A stretch of DNA of 64,000 bases from Thermodesulfobacteriota bacterium (GTDB taxonomy: Bacteria; Desulfobacterota; Desulfobulbia; Desulfobulbales; SURF-16): positions 78,719 through 142,718 of the forward strand of contig JBDLIE010000001.1 in the NCBI GenBank assembly GCA_039715015.1, given 5' to 3'. A program made the translations under genes and the position numbers. Within the stretch, counting starts at the first letter, position 1, and each line of letters starts with the position of its first letter. The notes beneath the pieces were generated by a model. The model ran no database searches and was not told the origin of the DNA. It was given only the letters and a program-made list of their open reading frames with translations. Shown piece after piece: positions 51,490 to 61,416 of this stretch.

Positions 51490-52032
51490 CTAGTTGTCGC
51501 TTTTGTGAATCCAGGTGCTGATCTTATCTGCTTCATCAGGCCACTGATCACTGATTCTGATTTTAATAAATTGACCCAGGAGTTCGTCAAAGGTCTTGTA
51601 GACCGTCTCCAAAAGGCCGATGCGGTCAAGTAATCTGCCTTCAACGGCCTCGGGATCATCACCCTCGTCAGCGCCATCCATGGTTTTGGGCACTTTGACG
51701 GAACGAAACTCCATGAGGCTGGCCTTGATGGTCATATGCCACTCGTACTCGCCGCGGATCATGTGGATGCGGGCCTGTTCCAGCTTCTTGCCCATGCGCA
51801 GGCCGGTGCGGGCCTCCTTGAGCTCGGCCTGTAATCCCTGACAGACGATCTTTTCGTGGGAATCACCTTCGCCAAATTCAAGGAGCATATGCTTTTCAAA
51901 GACCAGGGTGATGTCTTCTTCCATTTCGGGGAGTAGAACGGTGCCGCCCCGTTCGTCGCTCTTATACCAGAGCCAGGTGAGAAACTCCTGGCCGATGAAA
52001 CGCTTTTCTGTAATTAAATCGACAAGATCCAT
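51490..52032 (-). CDS. Conserved protein coupled to the rdgC-like gene
   Basis: [23 protein letters not shown]; start overlaps the upstream stop. Confidence 0.75.
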   Translation of the reverse strand: MDLVDLITEKRFIGQEFLTWLWYKSDERGGTVLLPEMEEDITLVFEKHMLLEFGEGDSHEKIVCQGLQAELKEARTGLRMGKKLEQARIHMIRGEYEWHMTIKASLMEFRSVKVPKTMDGADEGDDPEAVEGRLLDRIGLLETVYKTFDELLGQFIKIRISDQWPDEADKISTWIHKSDN

Positions 52033-52637
52033 TAGACAAGCACCGCCGGGCTGATGTTGGCCAAGGCCTGGCGCTCGCTTGCGTCCAAGAAACGTTCTGC
52101 CGTGGTATAGGGAATCTGCAGGCTGAGGAGCAGGTCAAAGGTGTCTTTAAAAAAATCTTCCAGCAGGGCCTGGGCCTTCTGGTTGGTGGAAAAGAAGAGC
52201 ACCGTGTTCTCGGCCAGGTTCCAGACCAGGTCATAGGTGGCAGGCACCGGCACGGCCCGTTTCATGAGCATGAGTTCCATGTTTTCCTTGATCTCTATTT
52301 TCTGGCCTCGGCTCAGCTTAGGGATCTGGCGCTCTTTTTTGATCCGTTCTTCCTCCTTGAGGCAAAATTTCTTCAAAACCTTGGGGGATACTTTACGTTC
52401 ATCCACCCGCATGGTCAGGCAGATATGGTCGCCGGCGGCAAAGGAAGCGTAAGCAAACTCGGCGTCAAACATGTTTAACACCGACACCCAACCCACGGAG
52501 AATTCTTCGTAGGTCTCGTCAATATCCTTGAAGGCAAAGCGGCTGATCTGATCAGCAGCCATGTCCCAGAAATTTTGCGGTATGTCGCCCACCACACTGT
52601 AGCGCACAAAGGTGGCGGCAGAAGAGAGAAGTCCCAT
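52032..52637 (-). CDS. rdgC: RdgC-like recombination-associated protein (short form)
   Basis: SVGWV, MRVDERKVSP, KIEIKE, P..YDLVW pattern of the RdgC N-terminal two-thirds. Confidence 0.7.
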   Translation of the reverse strand: MGLLSSAATFVRYSVVGDIPQNFWDMAADQISRFAFKDIDETYEEFSVGWVSVLNMFDAEFAYASFAAGDHICLTMRVDERKVSPKVLKKFCLKEEERIKKERQIPKLSRGQKIEIKENMELMLMKRAVPVPATYDLVWNLAENTVLFFSTNQKAQALLEDFFKDTFDLLLSLQIPYTTAERFLDASERQALANISPAVLV

Positions 52638-52923
52638 ATGTTTTCACGTTGTTTTAAGAAAAAAGCATGGCCCATACAATCATGGGAAAAGTTAATCTGA
52701 CAGATATAGCAGACCCCTCAGAGGGGGACAAGGATTTTCCGGAGCTAGGTGGCCCTCGTTTCGCTTGTGGTAAGGATATAGCCTCTATTGTTGAAAAAAC
52801 TGTTATGCTCGGTAAAAAGGGCATCTCCACCCTGCTTGATCTATAGATGAAAAGATGAAAAAATGGCAGAGAAAGTATTGACAGTCAGAGCCGACTATTG
52901 TAAAAACGACGCTTCACCATGAT

Positions 52924-52999
52924 GGGCCCTTAACTCAGCTGGTAGAGTATCTGACTTTTAATCAGAGAGTCGCGCGTTCGAGCCGCGCAGGGCCCACCA
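52924..52999 (+). tRNA. tRNA-Lys(TTT)
   Basis: GGGCCCTTAACTCAGCTGGTAGAG...CT-TTT-AA...GTTCGAG...GGGCCCACCA, 76 nt. Confidence 0.97.
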
Positions 53000-53003
53000 T
53001 TTA

Positions 53004-53081
53004 GTCCCCATCGTCTAGTCTGGTCCAGGACACCAGCCTTTCACGCTGGCGACAGGGGTTCGAATCCCCTTGGGGACGCCA
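53004..53081 (+). tRNA. tRNA-Glu(TTC)
   Basis: GTCCCCATCGTCTAG...CT-TTC-AC...GGTTCGAATCC...GGGGACGCCA. Confidence 0.97.
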
Positions 53082-53089
53082 TGAATTTT

Positions 53090-53131
53090 AAAACGGGAAA
53101 TCAGGCATTTAGGCTTGGTTTCCCGTTTTTT
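53090..53131 (+). terminator. Terminator of the tRNA operon
   Basis: AAAACGGGAAATCAGGC/GCTTGGTTTCCCGTTTT stem plus T run. Confidence 0.85.
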
Positions 53132-53304
53132 GTTTTGGGGTTTTGGGTGGCGGATTTACCATGAATTATGGGTAAATTACCGGGGCCGGTTTTGGCACAC
53201 TAATATGCGGGAGAAACTCCCTGGCCCTCGAGCTCTAAGTCGTTAGAAGAATAGACCACGGTGATTGTATTTGCAGGCAAGACACTCCCGGACATATCCC
53301 CTGT

Positions 53305-54106
53305 ATGCTCTCTGGCTCCTTGGGCGGGACTGGACTTGCCCTCCTGATTCTTATCTCCCAGTGTAATTTTTTCTTTTCCACAGCCTGGTGGAAATTTTTT
53401 CTGTCCTGGTTGCCTTCTCCATCTTCATCATTGCCTGGAATACTCGCCAGCTTCAGGGCAACCATCTTTATCTCTTTCTGGCTATTGCCTACCTTTTGGT
53501 CGGCTCATTGGATCTCCTCCACACCCTGGCCTATAAAGGCATGGCCGTTTTCAAGGATCAAGGCGGCAATCTTGCCACCCAACTTTGGATCGCCGGTCAT
53601 TATCTGGAAAGTATCTCCCTGTTCTGCGTCCCGCTGTTTTTATAAAGAAGACTGACCGTGCTTTCAGCTTTTGGCCTGGACGCCATTGTGCCGGAACCAC
53701 TGATTGCTATGTTTTCCTCGGACAGATTTTTCCTGCCTGCTTTGTTGAAGGCAGTGGTCTGACCCCTGAACAGGACAGGCCCATTACCTACAACAATTCA
53801 TCGCCGCGGCGGCTTAAGATTGGCTGTGGCCTTGCTGCCGGCGAGGATATTTCATACTATGTTAAGGATAATGGCCCGGGTATTGCCCCTGAGTACCATG
53901 ACGATGTTTTTCAGCTCTTTAAGCGCCGCCATGCCAACCGTGAATATCCCGGCAGCGGCGCTGGTCTGGCCATTGGCAAGCGAGCCCTGGAGAGATTGGG
54001 GGCCACTTGGAAGCTTATGGCAAGCCCGGGCCAGGGTGCGGCCATTAAGTTTACGTTGGCCGCCAGCAACAGATCCAACTCCGTATTGAGTAAGGAGAAA
54101 CCATGA
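53305..54106 (+). pseudogene. Decayed MASE3-domain histidine kinase
   Basis: MASE3 motifs (FHSLVEIFS, DLLHTLAYKGM, NLATQLWI, IFPACFVEGSGLTP) spread over shifted frames with an in-frame TAA at 53643-53645, joined directly to a HATPase tail (YVKDNGPGI, FKRRH, GAGLAI). HisKA is missing. Confidence 0.85.
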
Positions 54107-56952
54107 GTCATACTGAAGCTGCCAAGCCGCTGCGCATCCTTCTTGTTGAGGACTCAGAGCATGATGCCCTGGCCTTCAGGCGCGCCCTGAGCAAGGCGGA
54201 TTTTGCCGTGGAAATCAGCCACCGCCTGCGGGTCGAAGATATTAAAGAGGACATTGGCTCCCTGGCCAGCTTCTACGATATCGTGGTCTCCGATTACAAG
54301 CTGCCCGGCGCCACCGGCCTGCAGTTATGCAAAGAAATCCTGGCCAAGGGGGCTCTCCTGCCCTGCGTTATTCTCACCGGTTCCGGCTCAGAAGGTGTGG
54401 CCGTGAAGGCCATCCAGGCAGGTGTCAGCGATTATCTGATCAAAGATTGCCAGCAGGGCTATCTTGAGATTCTCCCTGCCTTTCTTCCCCAGGTCGTTAG
54501 GAAATACCGCCACATCAGTAAGGTTAAAAAGATGGAAGGCGAGCAGCGTAAATCCCTGCGCGAGTGGGAAATGGCCATGGACGCCTCCGAGGATGCCATC
54601 TATCTGCTCAGCTCTGAACGCCATTTGCTGCGGGCCAATAAAACCTTCTACGCCATGACCGGCAGCTCCCCTGATGAGGCCGTGGGCAAACATATCGCTG
54701 ATATCGTCCACCCCCAGGGTGAGAAGGTGCCCTGCCCGGTCTGCCAGGCCCAGGAGGACATGCGTGACGAGGTCATTATCCTGGAAGCGGACCATCCTGA
54801 TAATCCCACAGGCCGAGTCGTTGAGGTTACGGTTACCATCGTCCGGGACGAAGAGGGGGCGGTGCTGAGCATTTTCATGCGCCTTCATGACCTCACGGCC
54901 AAGCGCCAGACAGAGGATGAACTCCGCCGCCATCGCGATCGCCTCAAGCAAATAAACGATATCCAGCAGATCTTTCTCACCTGCCATGATGATGCCCTCT
55001 ATGCCGAGGTCCTTGATTATCTGACCGATACCATGGCCTGCCGCTTCGGCTATTTCGGTTATATTAATGAGAGGGGGGATTTGGTCTGCCCCTCCTTGAC
55101 CAGAGAAATCTGGGAGAAATGTCAGGTGGAAGACAAAGATATCGTCTTTCCCAAAGAGCAGTGGTCCGGGATCTGGGGCGAGTCCCTCCTTGATAAGAAA
55201 TCGATCTATAAAAATGAGGACATGAAGCTGCCAGCCGGTCATGTGGAGCTGACAAATGCCTTGGTGGTCCCCATTCTCTATAAAGAAGAGCTGGTGGGCC
55301 AGCTTGGCCTTGGTACCCGGGAGGGAGGGTTTCATGAAGAGGATGTCGTCTCACTGGAGAACATCGCCACCCAGATAGCACCCATCATGCGGGCCCGTAT
55401 TCAAAAGAAGCAGCAGGAAAAAAAGAGGCAGGAAGCGGAATGCTTGCTCCGCAAGGCCAGAGATGAGTGGGAGCAGTCCTTTAATGCCATCAACGATATT
55501 GTCACCATCCAAGATCCCGAAATGCGTATTGTCCGGGCCAACAAGGCAGCCTGTGATTTTTTTGAGATACCCGCAGAGGAAATTGTCGGCAAATTTTGCC
55601 ACGAGGTGTTTCGAGGGATTTCCCAGCCATGCCAGGGCTGTCCAGGGCTCCGGGTGAGGGGGGATATCGCCAGCCACTCCGGTGTCATGACCCATGAAAG
55701 TCTCGCTAAGACCTTCTACGTCTCCTCTGCCCCTATCTGCGACGACCAGGGCAAGGTAAAGCATCTTGTCCATACGGCCCAGGATATCACTGAGCAGAAA
55801 AAGATGGAGGCTGAACTCTTCCAGGCCCATAAGATGGAGGCCATCGGCACCCTGGCAGGCGGCATTGCCCACGACTTTAACAATATTTTAACAGCTGTCT
55901 TGGGCTACGCTGAGCTGGCTCAGATGACCTATCAGGGCGGCGACGACCCCTGCCCGGACATCGCTGAGGTTATCAGTGCCGGCGCCCGGGCTAAAGAGCT
56001 GGTTCAACAGATTCTTTCCTTCAGCCGCCAGCGTGAGCAGGAAACCCAGCTGGTCAGCGTCGAACATATTGTTAAGGAGGCCCTCAAGCTTCTGCGCGCC
56101 TCCTTGCCCGCCTCCCTGGATATCGAAATGGAAATCGCCAGGGAGGCAAGCAATATCATGGCGGATCCCACCCAGGTCCATCAGGTCATTGTCAACCTAT
56201 GCACCAATGCCCTCCATGCCATGGAGGATGAAACCGGCCTCCTCACCGTTAAGCTAAAGCGCCGCCAATTGAGCAGGGAGGATCTGGCCGGGCAGGAGGG
56301 GCTGAGCCCGGGTCCATTTGTGGAGCTTGTCATCAGCGACACCGGCCATGGCATGGCCGAGGATGTTCTCGACCGCATCTTTGAGCCCTATTTCACCACC
56401 AAGGAAATAGGGCAGGGTACCGGCCTTGGCCTGGCCCTGGTTCATGGTGCTGTTCAGAGTTGCGGTGGCATGATTAGGGTGGAAAGTGAGCTGGGAGTGG
56501 GGAGCACCTTTCATGTCTATTTTCCTGCTGTGGCGCGAGAAGCGGTGGAGGTGGAGGAAGGTCAAGAAGAACTGCCCAGGGGGACAGAGAAGATTCTGGT
56601 GGTGGATGATGAAAACGCCATTGTCGCTCTGTATAAAAACCAGCTTTCAGCACTTGGCTATACCGTGGCAGGTACCACCAGCAGTCTGGAGGCCTTGGAG
56701 ATTATCCGTGCTAACCCCACTGTTTTTGATTTGATCATAACCGATCAGACCATGCCCGGTGTCACCGGTGTCAAGCTGGCCAAAGAGATCCTGGCCCTGC
56801 GCCCTGATCTGCCGATTATTATCTGTACCGGATACAGTTCAACGCTTTCCGAGGAAAAGGCCCTGGGGGCAGGGATTCACAGATATCTTGAGAAACCGGT
56901 GAGCAGAGAGATGCTGGCCATGGCCATCCGCGAGGCCTTGGCAAAAGGATAG
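54103..56952 (+). CDS. Hybrid kinase REC-PAS-GAF-PAS-HisKA-HATPase-REC
   Basis: ILLVEDS, two PAS, GAF, LAGGIAHDFNNIL, FTTK..GQGTGLGL, C-terminal REC TDQTMP. Confidence 0.93.
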   Translation: MSHTEAAKPLRILLVEDSEHDALAFRRALSKADFAVEISHRLRVEDIKEDIGSLASFYDIVVSDYKLPGATGLQLCKEILAKGALLPCVILTGSGSEGVAVKAIQAGVSDYLIKDCQQGYLEILPAFLPQVVRKYRHISKVKKMEGEQRKSLREWEMAMDASEDAIYLLSSERHLLRANKTFYAMTGSSPDEAVGKHIADIVHPQGEKVPCPVCQAQEDMRDEVIILEADHPDNPTGRVVEVTVTIVRDEEGAVLSIFMRLHDLTAKRQTEDELRRHRDRLKQINDIQQIFLTCHDDALYAEVLDYLTDTMACRFGYFGYINERGDLVCPSLTREIWEKCQVEDKDIVFPKEQWSGIWGESLLDKKSIYKNEDMKLPAGHVELTNALVVPILYKEELVGQLGLGTREGGFHEEDVVSLENIATQIAPIMRARIQKKQQEKKRQEAECLLRKARDEWEQSFNAINDIVTIQDPEMRIVRANKAACDFFEIPAEEIVGKFCHEVFRGISQPCQGCPGLRVRGDIASHSGVMTHESLAKTFYVSSAPICDDQGKVKHLVHTAQDITEQKKMEAELFQAHKMEAIGTLAGGIAHDFNNILTAVLGYAELAQMTYQGGDDPCPDIAEVISAGARAKELVQQILSFSRQREQETQLVSVEHIVKEALKLLRASLPASLDIEMEIAREASNIMADPTQVHQVIVNLCTNALHAMEDETGLLTVKLKRRQLSREDLAGQEGLSPGPFVELVISDTGHGMAEDVLDRIFEPYFTTKEIGQGTGLGLALVHGAVQSCGGMIRVESELGVGSTFHVYFPAVAREAVEVEEGQEELPRGTEKILVVDDENAIVALYKNQLSALGYTVAGTTSSLEALEIIRANPTVFDLIITDQTMPGVTGVKLAKEILALRPDLPIIICTGYSSTLSEEKALGAGIHRYLEKPVSREMLAMAIREALAKG

Positions 56953-56987
56953 TTGTCTTACTCCTTTCCAGGCAAAAGGGTGAGAAG

Positions 56988-57401
56988 ATGGTAATAACTG
57001 ATGAGTTTAAATTTCCCCGGCCCCTTGATTGGTCGAAGTTCACTGATCCAAGGCGGGTGAAAGAGGTCTATGGGATTTCCGCTGTTTTGCCGATTAAGCA
57101 TATTCAGCGGCGCTGGTACAGAACTCACGAAGAGAGGCCTGCGGAAGAGGAGGGGAGTCGGGTGGGTCTTGCCCTCCAGTACCTCGTCGATGAGGTAAAC
57201 ACTACGCTCCAGGGCCATGATGTGAAAATCCATATTGCCTTGCTTCGCAAAGAGGGCGGCTATGCGCTGGAGATTTATGACTGCACGGATCTTGAGGTGT
57301 GCCGGATCATCAAGGACAAAGAGGTGAGGATTTCTGAACTACCTGCACTCTTTAAAAACCTGCAAGAAGGTGCTGGCCTCCTTGTGGATGCAGAGACCTA
57401 A
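56988..57401 (+). CDS. Hypothetical protein with FlaG-like C-terminus
   Basis: LVDEVN..L....IHI...LEIYD....VCRII...GLLVD resembles the FlaG pattern. Confidence 0.5.
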   Translation: MVITDEFKFPRPLDWSKFTDPRRVKEVYGISAVLPIKHIQRRWYRTHEERPAEEEGSRVGLALQYLVDEVNTTLQGHDVKIHIALLRKEGGYALEIYDCTDLEVCRIIKDKEVRISELPALFKNLQEGAGLLVDAET

Positions 57402-57557
57402 GATTGAACTTTTTCCCACGGTTTGTTATGGTGTTCTATTGTGTAACAGCCTGTTTTTGTTGTATTATGTGGCCTGTTTTAGAGCGGCAGGGATGATGAC
57501 TAGCCTCTAAAACGCAGAAAAATTAAATAGTTGCCCAAAATGGATAAAGAAATTATA

Positions 57558-57574
57558 ATTAGTAATTATTATCC
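57558..57574 (+). promoter_or_regulatory. Candidate PerR autoregulatory box
   Basis: ATTAGTAATTATTAT(CC) directly upstream of perR; the 15-mer recurs exactly at 60474-60488. Confidence 0.6.
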
Positions 57575-57595
57575 ATTAACGATGTGAGGTGTGGC

Positions 57596-58009
57596 ATGAG
57601 CGCAGGCCCTAAAATTAGGATGACAAAACAACGCCAGGTAATCCTGGAGGAACTTTGCAAGGTGACCAGTCATCCCACCGCAGATGAGATGTATCAGATG
57701 ATTCGCAAACGTCTGCCCAAAATAAGTTTAGGGACCGTTTATCGTAACCTGGAGATTCTCTCTGAGCTGGGTATGGTCCTCAAGCTGGATGTGGGTGGTA
57801 CCCAGAAACGGTTTGATGGTAACGTTGAAAATCACTATCATGTTCGTTGTACTGAATGTGGCTGTGTGGGTGACCTGCATATGCCCACTGACAACGAGGT
57901 AGAGCAAAAGGCCCAGGCCCGCACTGATTTTCAGATCAAACGTCATAGCTTGGAGTTCATCGGTGTCTGCCCTGAATGTCGTGATGCCCAGAGTCGCCGG
58001 GTTTCTTAA
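57596..58009 (+). CDS. perR: PerR-type Fur family regulator
   Basis: HPTADE, SLGTVYRNL, RFD, HYH, CTECG..D (Asp as in PerR), CPEC; leads oxidative-stress genes. Confidence 0.85.
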   Translation: MSAGPKIRMTKQRQVILEELCKVTSHPTADEMYQMIRKRLPKISLGTVYRNLEILSELGMVLKLDVGGTQKRFDGNVENHYHVRCTECGCVGDLHMPTDNEVEQKAQARTDFQIKRHSLEFIGVCPECRDAQSRRVS

Positions 58010-58077
58010 GGCGGCCGTCTCCTGTTTTGTCAACTTTATAACGTTTTTATAATTTCTAACCTGTTCAGGAGGATTTG

Positions 58078-58452
58078 ATGGCAGCCCAACTTAATATATT
58101 TAAGTGTGACAAGTGCAACAACGTTGTGGAGCTTCTCCATGCCGGTGGTGGAGCTCTTTATTGCTGTAATGCACCCATGCTGCATTTGGTGGAAAACACC
58201 GTGGATGCCGTCCAGGAAAAGCATGTTCCGGTTATTGAAAAAACCGGCAGTGGCTACCTTGTCAAGGTTGGTGAAATTCCCCATCCCATGACCGAAGATC
58301 ATCTCATTATGTGGATTGAGCTCGTTGCCGACGGTGTTGTTCACCGTAAATTTCTTGGCCCCGGCGATGCCCCTGAGGCAACTTTTGATGTCCAGGCCGA
58401 TCAAGTAACGGCCCGCGAGTATTGCAACCTGCACGGTGTTTGGAGGAGCTAA
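58078..58452 (+). CDS. dfx: Desulfoferrodoxin (2Fe superoxide reductase)
   Basis: CDKC...CC desulforedoxin site; EKHVP, HPM, H, CNLHG. Confidence 0.95.
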   Translation: MAAQLNIFKCDKCNNVVELLHAGGGALYCCNAPMLHLVENTVDAVQEKHVPVIEKTGSGYLVKVGEIPHPMTEDHLIMWIELVADGVVHRKFLGPGDAPEATFDVQADQVTAREYCNLHGVWRS

Positions 58453-58457
58453 CAGTT

Positions 58458-58961
58458 ATGCTGAGTGATAAAATGGTTAAGGCCCTTAACGACCAGATCA
58501 ATGCCGAAATGTATTCTGCCTATTTTTACCTGTCCATGAACTCCTATTTTGAGTCCATCAGTCTTGCTGGATTTTCACACTGGATGCGTTTCCAGGCCCA
58601 GGAAGAGATGCTCCATGCCATGAAGCTCTATGATTATGTTAATGAGCGTGGCGGTCAGGTTGTGCTTGATGCCATTGCCAAGCCCCCTGCCCAGTGGAAT
58701 TCTCCCCAGGAGGTCTTTGATGATGTCCTGGCCCACGAGCAGAAGGTCACCGGTCTGATTAACGACCTGATGAACCTTGCCTTGGACGAACGAGACCATG
58801 CCAGCGCCGGTTTTCTGCAATGGTTTGTCTCCGAACAGGTTGAGGAGGAGGACAATGTCGGTGCTGTGGTTGATAAGCTGAAGCTGATCGGCTCTGACAC
58901 AAGCGGTCTTTTTGTTTTAGACCAGGAGCTTGGCAAGCGACTGCCGCCCACTGTCCAATAA
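58458..58961 (+). CDS. ftnA: Non-heme ferritin
   Basis: QINAEMYSAYFY, EEMLHA, HEQKVT, WFVSEQVEEE. Confidence 0.95.
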   Translation: MLSDKMVKALNDQINAEMYSAYFYLSMNSYFESISLAGFSHWMRFQAQEEMLHAMKLYDYVNERGGQVVLDAIAKPPAQWNSPQEVFDDVLAHEQKVTGLINDLMNLALDERDHASAGFLQWFVSEQVEEEDNVGAVVDKLKLIGSDTSGLFVLDQELGKRLPPTVQ

Positions 58962-58984
58962 TTTTCTTTTTATATCCATGCTGT

Positions 58985-59024
58985 AAAAGCCGGGGATGAT
59001 TTTTGAATCATCCCCGGCTTTTTT
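58985..59024 (+). terminator. Rho-independent terminator
   Basis: AAAAGCCGGGGATGAT/ATCATCCCCGGCTTTT. Confidence 0.88.
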
Positions 59025-59173
59025 GTTTTTTATCAAAGGATAATTTTTTTCTTTGTCTTCCCCATGAAAAATGGTTTTTTGTTAAGAGGTTAAGTATTTT
59101 TTTGACTGTTTTGCCGGACCTTATGTTCTCCGGTATTTGATTTTGATAGAGAGACCTGAGCTGGAGGGATGAA

Positions 59174-60394
59174 ATGAGTGCTGAAGAGATTAAAGAAAAT
59201 GTCTACTGGGTGGGCGCTGTTGATTGGAATATCCGCGATTTTCACGGCTATTCCACCAATAAAGGAACAACCTATAACGCCTATCTTGTCAAAGATGAAA
59301 AGGTCTGTCTCTTTGACACGGTGAAGTCGCCCTTTAAAAATGAGATGCTCTATCATCTTGGTCAGCTCATCGACCCGGAGGAGATTGATTATATTGTCGT
59401 CAATCATGTTGAACTCGATCATTCAGGAAGTTTGTCTGAAATGATAAAACTCTGCAAACCGGAAAAGGTCTTTTGTTCACCAATGGGCCTGAAGGCCATT
59501 GAGACCCATTTCCATCCAAAAGACTGGCCTCTTGAGGTGGTGAAATCGGGTGATACCATTTCCCTGGGTTCAAAAACAGTGCAGTTTTTAGAAACTAAGA
59601 TGTTGCACTGGCCTGACTCCATGTTCTCCTATATCCCAGAGGATAAACTCCTTATCTCTTCAGATGCTTTTGGCCAGCATCTTGCCTCTACGGAGCGCTA
59701 TGTTGATGAACTCCCTGCAGGGGCTGCCTTACTTGAGGCTGAGAAATATTACGCCAATATACTCATGATTTTTGCCAACAATGTTCAGAAGCTGTTGGCC
59801 ACGGTTGGTGAACTGGGACTGGAAATTGACATGATCGCTCCGGACCATGGTCTTATCTGGCGCGATCCCTCCATTATCCTTGCTGCCTATGATAGATGGA
59901 GTCAGCACACGGCCGAGCGCAAGGCGGTCATTATTTATGACTCCATGTGGCATTCCACTGAGAAAATGGCCAAGAATATCAGTGCCGGGCTGCGCAGTGC
60001 GGGCGTTCATGCCAGGGTGCTGAGTGCCAAGGTCAATCATCGAAGCGATATCATTGTCGAGGTGTTGACGGCCAAGGCCCTTATTGTTGGTTCCCCCACC
60101 TTGAATAACGGTATTCTGCCCACCATGGCAGATGTGCTGACCTACATAAAAGGCCTGCGGCCGCGGAAGAAGATCGGCGCCGCTTTTGGTTCTTTCGGCT
60201 GGTCAGGAGAATCGGTGAAACTGCTTACCGGCTTCCTTGAAGATATGCATTGTGAGATTCTGGAGCCGGGAGTGAAGGTCAAAAATGTGCCGGACAAAGA
60301 AGTGTTGCAGGAATGTTTTGATCTGGGTGTTAAGGTGGGCCAGGCGGTCAATGAGGCCTTAGATGCCGAAGGTGCTGGCACAGCCGTGGATTAG
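59174..60394 (+). CDS. fprA: Flavodiiron protein (FprA/rubredoxin:oxygen oxidoreductase)
   Basis: GTTYNAYL, NHVELDHSG, LHWPD, SSDAFGQH, APDHG, flavodoxin domain FGSFGWSGE. Confidence 0.95.
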   Translation: MSAEEIKENVYWVGAVDWNIRDFHGYSTNKGTTYNAYLVKDEKVCLFDTVKSPFKNEMLYHLGQLIDPEEIDYIVVNHVELDHSGSLSEMIKLCKPEKVFCSPMGLKAIETHFHPKDWPLEVVKSGDTISLGSKTVQFLETKMLHWPDSMFSYIPEDKLLISSDAFGQHLASTERYVDELPAGAALLEAEKYYANILMIFANNVQKLLATVGELGLEIDMIAPDHGLIWRDPSIILAAYDRWSQHTAERKAVIIYDSMWHSTEKMAKNISAGLRSAGVHARVLSAKVNHRSDIIVEVLTAKALIVGSPTLNNGILPTMADVLTYIKGLRPRKKIGAAFGSFGWSGESVKLLTGFLEDMHCEILEPGVKVKNVPDKEVLQECFDLGVKVGQAVNEALDAEGAGTAVD

Positions 60395-60428
60395 GTAGCA
60401 CTTGCAGTAAAAATTTCATTTTATCTTT

Positions 60429-60458
60429 AAAAAAGGCGGATTTTGATCCGCCTTTTTT
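60429..60458 (+). terminator. Rho-independent terminator
   Basis: AAAAAAGGCGGAT/ATCCGCCTTTTTT. Confidence 0.85.
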
Positions 60459-60473
60459 GTTGCCCAAATCCTT

Positions 60474-60488
60474 ATTAGTAATTATTAT
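60474..60488 (+). promoter_or_regulatory. Candidate PerR box
   Basis: ATTAGTAATTATTAT, identical to 57558-57572. Confidence 0.55.
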
Positions 60489-60516
60489 TATTTAATTGTT
60501 AACAAGTAAAGGGGGG

Positions 60517-61203
60517 ATGATGAAAGAACGCCAGATTAAAAAAATTCTGCCAAAGGTTTTGCTTCAGGCCGATTTTAGCCAGGCACTTGCCGAGATCCGT
60601 TCGTGGCCATCTAAGTTTACTATTTCACCCCTTCTCTCCGGGGTTTACCAGGTCGATGAGGTTTTTAAGTGGCGGTCCATCCTTGCCCTCGCGGCAGTGA
60701 TGAACGATCTTGCCAATGCCAACATGGAAGAGGCGCGGGTTGTCATGCGTCGCATTATGTGGAGCCTCAATGAAGAATCTGGGGGGATTGGCTGGGGCAT
60801 GCCCGAGGCCATGGGTGAGATTATGGCCCAGAACAGAGCCCTCGCCGAAGAGTTCGGTCATATCCTTGTCTCGTACATGCGGGAAGAATGCTACCTTGAG
60901 CTGGCTCCCCTCCAGCGTGGACTCATGTGGGCCCTTGGCCGCCTGGCCGAGGTCTATCCTGAAAAGCTCCTTGATTTTGACGCCGATGGCTATATGGAGC
61001 TCTACCTTGAGTCCCCGGATCCAGAGGTCCGTGCCCTGGCCAGCCGTAATTTTGGTATCTTAAAAACCCCGGAAGCCGCTCACTGGATCAAGAATTTTTA
61101 TGATAACTCTAAGCCGGTGCGCCTCTTTGTTAATGGCGGTTTTCTCGACACCACGGTGGGTGAATTGGCCCGCGAGGCCGTGGCGAGGATTGAAGGAGAG
61201 TAG
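60517..61203 (+). CDS. DVU0298-like HEAT-repeat protein
   Basis: RRIMWSLNEESGGIGWGMPEAMGEI motif. Confidence 0.8.
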   Translation: MMKERQIKKILPKVLLQADFSQALAEIRSWPSKFTISPLLSGVYQVDEVFKWRSILALAAVMNDLANANMEEARVVMRRIMWSLNEESGGIGWGMPEAMGEIMAQNRALAEEFGHILVSYMREECYLELAPLQRGLMWALGRLAEVYPEKLLDFDADGYMELYLESPDPEVRALASRNFGILKTPEAAHWIKNFYDNSKPVRLFVNGGFLDTTVGELAREAVARIEGE

Positions 61204-61337
61204 AATTAGCATTTTCTATCACGATCACTAGCAGTTAAAAGGGAACTCTCTCTGATTCCTGCTTGCCCCTGTTGAATATTTAATTTGACAAGGCACGGCC
61301 TTTAATCATAGCTTTAAGATTCAAGGATTGAATTTCT

Positions 61338-61416
61338 TCACGTCCTGATTTTGGCAGTCTTTATACTGACCGAGTAAGAAGTAACCAGCAGGATTGCGCC
61401 TGCGAAGTTCTCGGTA
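61338..61416 (+). promoter_or_regulatory. Candidate structured 5' leader RNA
   Basis: Downstream of TTGACA-N18-TAGCTT; stems ACCGAG/CTCGGT, GCAGG/CCTGC and an alternative TTGGCAGT/ACTGACCGA. Confidence 0.45.

Noticed and set aside
53193..53208. TGGCAC...TGC as a sigma54 promoter for the MASE3 gene
   Set aside because: GG-to-GC spacing is 11, not the required 10.
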